A stretch of DNA of 62,390 nt, filler included, from a bacterium (GTDB lineage Bacteria > JALSQH01), in assembly GCA_027004335.1 (NCBI GenBank). It is 9 parts of 9 records of this genome, joined end to end, with 100 filler letters (N's around TTAATTAATTAA, not from the genome) between each part and the next. Parts side by side here need not be neighbours in the genome. Positions count along the whole stretch, not along the records: positions 52,778 to 62,390 come from JALTID010000141.1; 8 more parts are not named here. One strand, 5' to 3'. The position numbers and the translations under genes are program-made. Under the pieces are notes generated by a model that saw nothing but the letters and a program-made list of their open reading frames with translations, was not told where the DNA came from and ran no database searches. Shown one piece after another: positions 58,533 through 62,390 of the stretch (its first letter is position 1; every line of letters starts with the position of its first letter).

Positions 58533-59263
58533 TGGTTAAGATAACCATTGATGGGAAAAAAATTTCTGCGAAAGAAGGCGAGACTGTCTTAAAAGCTGCA
58601 CAAAGAGCAGGAATTTTTATTCCTACTCTATGTAACAATGATGCAGTTAAACCCTATAGCGCATGCAGGATGTGTCTGGTTGAAGTTGCTAAAAATGGCA
58701 GAACCAAGCTCGTAACTTCCTGTGATTATCCCGTGGAGGAAGGAATTGAGGTAAATACAAATACGGAGCGGATCCAGAGAGACAGGAAGGTGATTCTGGA
58801 ACTTTTAATTGCAAGAACAGGCGAAACACCTGAATTAAAAAAGCTTGCTGAAAAAGTAGGGGTTAAAGAGGTAAGATTTAAAGTAAGAAACTTTGATGAC
58901 TGCATACTTTGCGGACTTTGTGTTAGAGTATGTGACGAAGTGGTTGGGGCTCATGCTATTGGTTTCAGGGGAAGGGGCATGGAGCGAGAAGTAGTGCCAC
59001 CTTTTGATGTAGAAAATGAGCAATGTCTTGCATGTGGTGCATGTGCGGAAATATGTCCAGTAAATATCATAGATATTTTTGAACACGACGGGACAAGAGA
59101 ACTTCCAAAATGGCATAAAAAGTCCAGGCTTGTGGCATGCAGGGTTTGTGGGAAATACTTTGCTACTGAAGAAGAAATTGAAATGATCAGGGCAAAGACT
59201 GGCTTACCCGACGAGATACTATATGTCTGCCCTGATTGTAGGGAACATAATTTTACTATTTAG
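58529..59263 (+). CDS. Short NuoG/HydA-N-terminus-like Fe-S subunit without a catalytic domain
   Basis: IPTLC...ACRMCLVE...TSC ([2Fe-2S]), CILCGLCVRVC and CLACGACAEICP (2x[4Fe-4S]), and C-terminal CRVC...CPDC. Only 244 aa. Confidence 0.9.
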   Translation: MMVKITIDGKKISAKEGETVLKAAQRAGIFIPTLCNNDAVKPYSACRMCLVEVAKNGRTKLVTSCDYPVEEGIEVNTNTERIQRDRKVILELLIARTGETPELKKLAEKVGVKEVRFKVRNFDDCILCGLCVRVCDEVVGAHAIGFRGRGMEREVVPPFDVENEQCLACGACAEICPVNIIDIFEHDGTRELPKWHKKSRLVACRVCGKYFATEEEIEMIRAKTGLPDEILYVCPDCREHNFTI

Positions 59264-59363
59264 CAAAGCTTATCCTTTTTTACAATAAGAGATTTTGATT
59301 GTGATAAGAAATTCGGCTATCATTAAATGATTTTTCTTATCTTACCTGATCTTGCATATTGGT

Positions 59364-59391
59364 TTGACAGCATGGAGTAATTTTGTAAAAT
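59364..59391 (+). promoter_or_regulatory. Sigma70 promoter of the tRNA pair
   Basis: TTGACA-16 nt-TAAAAT, ending 11 nt before tRNA-Gly. Confidence 0.75.
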
Positions 59392-59402
59392 TATTAACGC
59401 AG

Positions 59403-59478
<76 letters not shown>

Positions 59479-59487
59479 TTTTTTTCT

Positions 59488-59561
59488 GGCGGCGTACCCA
59501 AGAGGCCTAAGGGGGCGGTCTGCAAAACCGCTATTCACCGGTTCGACTCCGGTCGCCGCCT
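59488..59561 (+). tRNA. tRNA-Cys (GCA), CCA not encoded
   Basis: Acceptor stem GGCGGCG/CGCCGCC, anticodon arm GCGGT-CTGCAAA-ACCGC, T loop GTTCGAC and U discriminator, followed by CTA. Confidence 0.97.
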
Positions 59562-60583
59562 CTATTAAATAAGTGCTTTTTAAGCCATTTTTCAATTACT
59601 GGGAGAGTTTCCTCTGTTGCGTCAACTCCCACTACAAGGTCTATGTGACCATAGTCATGTTTGAATCCCTCGGGTTTTCCCATGACCACTAAAAACTTAT
59701 CTCTGGAAGAGATATATTTGTAACTCAGCCTGATCCCCTCTGCCGGCGCCATTTTATCAACATCCCCGGCTATTAAAAGTACTGGATATTTAAGATCCTT
59801 AAGGGATGTAAGATAATTGATGTTATATTCATCTATTAGGGGTCCTTTTTCAATAGCATCTTTAAGCTGATCTACCATTTTAATAGGGGTGGTTGGGCTT
59901 ACCGCTCTTGTTATCATTATGGATACATCAGAGGGGGATATGTCATTTACATTTCCAAGTAACTTCAACAGTGAGATTTTTTTGAGAAAGTAAGGAGAGA
60001 AAGGTTTTACTATGTAATTCCCCGGAAACGACCATGCATAGGGAGTAACAAATTTAAATTTATCCAGTAGGTTAATCAGGGGGATATAAATTTTCCTCTG
60101 CCATGCAGAGAATGTTACAGGAGCTGCAATAGCTATTATCCCAATAAGGTGAGTGTCAAATACATGGGAACCATAAGCTAAATCGGTGATTCCACCCAGG
60201 CTGTGACCCATAATAAAATATTTTTTGACACCTCTTTTTTTCACGCTTTTGATAAGGGCTTTTAAATCATATCTCCATAACCTCCCTATTGTTATAATCC
60301 TGGGAGAGTTACAGTGTGATGCACCATGCCCCCGAAAGTCTATAGCGAAACCTTTGAACCCCTTTTTTGAGAGGATTCTCGCGAAGGATTTAGAGGGTAC
60401 AGCGTCAAAGTTGTTATGATTTGCACCAAGTCCATGGAGATATATTATGGCGGGCAGAGTGCTGCTTCCAGGATAGGTGAATACTGGTAATTTGCATCCA
60501 TCTGTGGTCCTTATCCAGTAGGATGGGATATCATGGCTGGAGCAGGAAAAGATGAAAGTAATGAGTATCAGTAGAAAGAGCAA
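59531..60583 (-). CDS. Alpha/beta-fold hydrolase lipoprotein (lipase/esterase-like)
   Basis: Lipobox IFS-C; LHGLG, DFRGHGAS, GHSLGG (nucleophile elbow), AGDVDKMAP (Asp) and YGHIDL (His). Confidence 0.9.
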   Translation of the reverse strand: MLFLLILITFIFSCSSHDIPSYWIRTTDGCKLPVFTYPGSSTLPAIIYLHGLGANHNNFDAVPSKSFARILSKKGFKGFAIDFRGHGASHCNSPRIITIGRLWRYDLKALIKSVKKRGVKKYFIMGHSLGGITDLAYGSHVFDTHLIGIIAIAAPVTFSAWQRKIYIPLINLLDKFKFVTPYAWSFPGNYIVKPFSPYFLKKISLLKLLGNVNDISPSDVSIMITRAVSPTTPIKMVDQLKDAIEKGPLIDEYNINYLTSLKDLKYPVLLIAGDVDKMAPAEGIRLSYKYISSRDKFLVVMGKPEGFKHDYGHIDLVVGVDATEETLPVIEKWLKKHLFNRGGDRSRTGE

Positions 60584-60597
60584 CTTCTTAAGTTTTC

Positions 60598-62139
60598 TTA
60601 TCCCATGATTTTAAGAATCTCCTTTTCTATTTTTTCAGGATTCTTTTCCACTATTTTAGTATGAATCATCCTCCTTCTGTCAAGGGTATTTATATTTTGA
60701 GGGATATTTTTCCCGGTTTCTCTGCTAATTAATCTGACAATCTCTACCCCTGATAACCCTTTTATCTCCGGGATATCTGACGCGTTGTAAGGGTATCCGT
60801 GAAGAGCTTTAAAGACATCTACTCCAAATTTTGCCCAGTGAGCAGTGGAAGCAACAACCATTTTTCTATTGTCCTTTTGCTTCCCTATATAACTTTCTGC
60901 TACCAGTTCTCCCACAGAGGTGTGGGGGTCCATGAGGTAACCTGTTTCAGTATAAATTTTTTTAATATTTAAGAGGGTTGTGTCATTGTTAACCCATCCG
61001 GCGGAAAATAGAGAACTTATCTTATCCTGAGTTTCTTCATCCACATGGAAAAAGCCTTCATGCTTGATCTGCTCCATCCACTTTCTTATTTTTTGTGTAT
61101 TCTCAGTAAGATGATAGAGAAGCCTTTCAAGATTACTTGAAATAAGAATATCCATGGAAGGAGAGGGGGTTTTGACGAGAGTTCGTGATCTCAGGTCATA
61201 TTTTCCTGTGGTTATAAAGTCGTAGAGGATGTTATTCTGGTTTGATGCACATATGAGTTTCTTTATGGGTATTCCCATCTCTCTTGCATAGTATGCTGCA
61301 AGAATATTTCCAAAATTTCCAGTGGGTACGGTAATGTTTATCTCCTCCCCTGCTCTAATTTCACCTTTTTTTAGAAGAGTTAGATAGGAGTAAATGTAAT
61401 ATACAATCTGTGGTAGCAATCTTCCCCAGTTTATTGAATTGGCTGAAGACATCTTTATCTGCAGAGAATCAAGTTTTTTTATAAATTTTTCATCGGTAAA
61501 AATATATTTAACTGCATTCTGAGCGTCGTCAAAATCACCTTTAATGCCGTAAACATGCTGATTCTTTCCATCCTGAGTAATCATTTGAAGCTCTTGAAGA
61601 TCACTTACGCCTCCTTCGGGGTAGAGTACTGTTATGTCAATTTTTTCTCTGTTCTTAAACCCTTCCAGTGCCGCAGTGCCGGTATCTCCTGAAGTGGCAA
61701 CTAAAATAAGATACCTAACCCCTGGCAAATTTTTGCTTTTTCTTTCTTCGTTTAATTTTCTCAATGAAGCTTCAAAAAAGAGGGGCATTACCTGTAAGGC
61801 CATATCTTTGAATGCAGATGTTGGTCCATGAAATAGTTCAATTAAAAATAATCCATTTCTCAGGTGTATTAGAGGAGCTACTTCTGGAGTGTCGAACTTT
61901 TCAAAGGCTTTTTCTATTAGTTCTTTTATTTCGTCATCGGCAAAATCTATTTCAAATTTTTTGAAAATATAGAATACAAGCTCGTGATAGTTCATAGATA
62001 GAAGAGAATTTATTTCTTCAGGTGTGAGGGGAGGAATTTTTTCAGGAACAAATAATCCCCCATCAGAAGAGATTCCTTTTAAGATAACTTCTCTGAAAGT
62101 GTATTTTTCTTCTTCTCCACGAGTGCTGAAATACTTCAT
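60598..62139 (-). CDS. thrC: Threonine synthase
   Basis: YFSTRG, DGGLFVP, ELFHGPTSAFKDMALQ (PLP Lys), ATSGDTG, SANSINWGR, VPTGNFGN and SPSMDI. Confidence 0.97.
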   Translation of the reverse strand: MKYFSTRGEEEKYTFREVILKGISSDGGLFVPEKIPPLTPEEINSLLSMNYHELVFYIFKKFEIDFADDEIKELIEKAFEKFDTPEVAPLIHLRNGLFLIELFHGPTSAFKDMALQVMPLFFEASLRKLNEERKSKNLPGVRYLILVATSGDTGTAALEGFKNREKIDITVLYPEGGVSDLQELQMITQDGKNQHVYGIKGDFDDAQNAVKYIFTDEKFIKKLDSLQIKMSSANSINWGRLLPQIVYYIYSYLTLLKKGEIRAGEEINITVPTGNFGNILAAYYAREMGIPIKKLICASNQNNILYDFITTGKYDLRSRTLVKTPSPSMDILISSNLERLLYHLTENTQKIRKWMEQIKHEGFFHVDEETQDKISSLFSAGWVNNDTTLLNIKKIYTETGYLMDPHTSVGELVAESYIGKQKDNRKMVVASTAHWAKFGVDVFKALHGYPYNASDIPEIKGLSGVEIVRLISRETGKNIPQNINTLDRRRMIHTKIVEKNPEKIEKEILKIMG

Positions 62140-62140
62140 C

Positions 62141-62389
62141 TTATACCTCTACTATTTTAGCAGGGTTATCTTTAAGAAGGTATTTTATTTTCTTCTCCCC
62201 AAAGTTTTTTTTAAGCTTTGGTATAGTGGTGATTACTTCTTTTAGTTGCTGGGGGGAATGTGTGTCAGTGGCAAGAAAGTGATATTTGCCTTCTTCCAGA
62301 AGGGAGATAAATTTTTTTCTCACATATCTCCCGTAGTGTCCAGCGTAGCTGCCGACATTGCCCTGGAGAAGTCCACCCCTGTGTGTGAA
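62141..62389 (-). CDS. CpsB/CapC (PHP-family) tyrosine phosphatase-like protein, C-terminal fragment
   Basis: GGLLQGNVGSYAGHYG, HFLATDTH and NPAKIV. The frame is open to the window edge. Confidence 0.8.
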   Translation of the reverse strand, partial: FTHRGGLLQGNVGSYAGHYGRYVRKKFISLLEEGKYHFLATDTHSPQQLKEVITTIPKLKKNFGEKKIKYLLKDNPAKIVEV

Positions 62390-62390
62390 T

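Noticed and set aside
56186-59263. nuoEFG of respiratory complex I, or an [FeFe]-hydrogenase or formate dehydrogenase
   Set aside because: There are no other nuo genes in the operon, the NuoF-like protein is the long HydB form, and the third subunit has no H-cluster or molybdopterin domain.
59488-62390. Prophage or island integrated at tRNA-Cys
   Set aside because: No integrase or att duplication is visible, and the downstream genes are a hydrolase and thrC.

Overview
This window is a pseudo-scaffold from a draft or metagenome-assembled bacterial genome, not continuous DNA. Nine segments are joined by eight identical 100-nt linkers (N44-TTAATTAATTAA-N44), and there is one 10-N scaffold gap at 909-918. 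Gene neighbourhoods mean something only within a segment. The organism is an AT-rich, densely coding diderm, probably anaerobic, with a deltaproteobacterial-like gene set (inference). Segment contents: (1) mdoB/opgB-like phosphoglycerol transferase, a sulfotransferase-like gene and two very large modular lipoproteins; (2) ispA-dxs-tlyA, rnj, hemW, an outer-membrane barrel, an M16 peptidase and an MmgE/PrpD protein; (3, 4) a type II secretion cluster gspC-D-E-F-G-H-I-J-K whose gspD is split over two segments; (5) an acyltransferase and an LVIVD-repeat lipoprotein; (6) a C45/Ntn hydrolase and an acyl-CoA ligase; (7) gcvH-gcvPA-gcvPB; (8) an AAA/DUF4143 protein, a degenerate sigma-54-activator-like protein, a degenerate PilZ protein, a lipoprotein and mnmA-mtaB-rnc-era-der; (9) a seven-gene overlapping operon, tRNA-Gly, tRNA-Cys, a hydrolase and thrC. 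The best candidate for a little-characterised system is the segment 9 operon. It couples a four-subunit 2-oxoacid:ferredoxin oxidoreductase (porCDAB) to a HydABC/Bfu-type module (NuoE-, NuoF- and short NuoG-like subunits) that has no catalytic centre of its own. The flavin subunit keeps the bifurcation signatures but carries a GEET-to-GEST change suggesting NADP(H) use, and it has lost two N-terminal [2Fe-2S] cysteines. No CRISPR array, transposase, integrase or rRNA was seen. All calls come from motif recognition by eye; no database searches were run.
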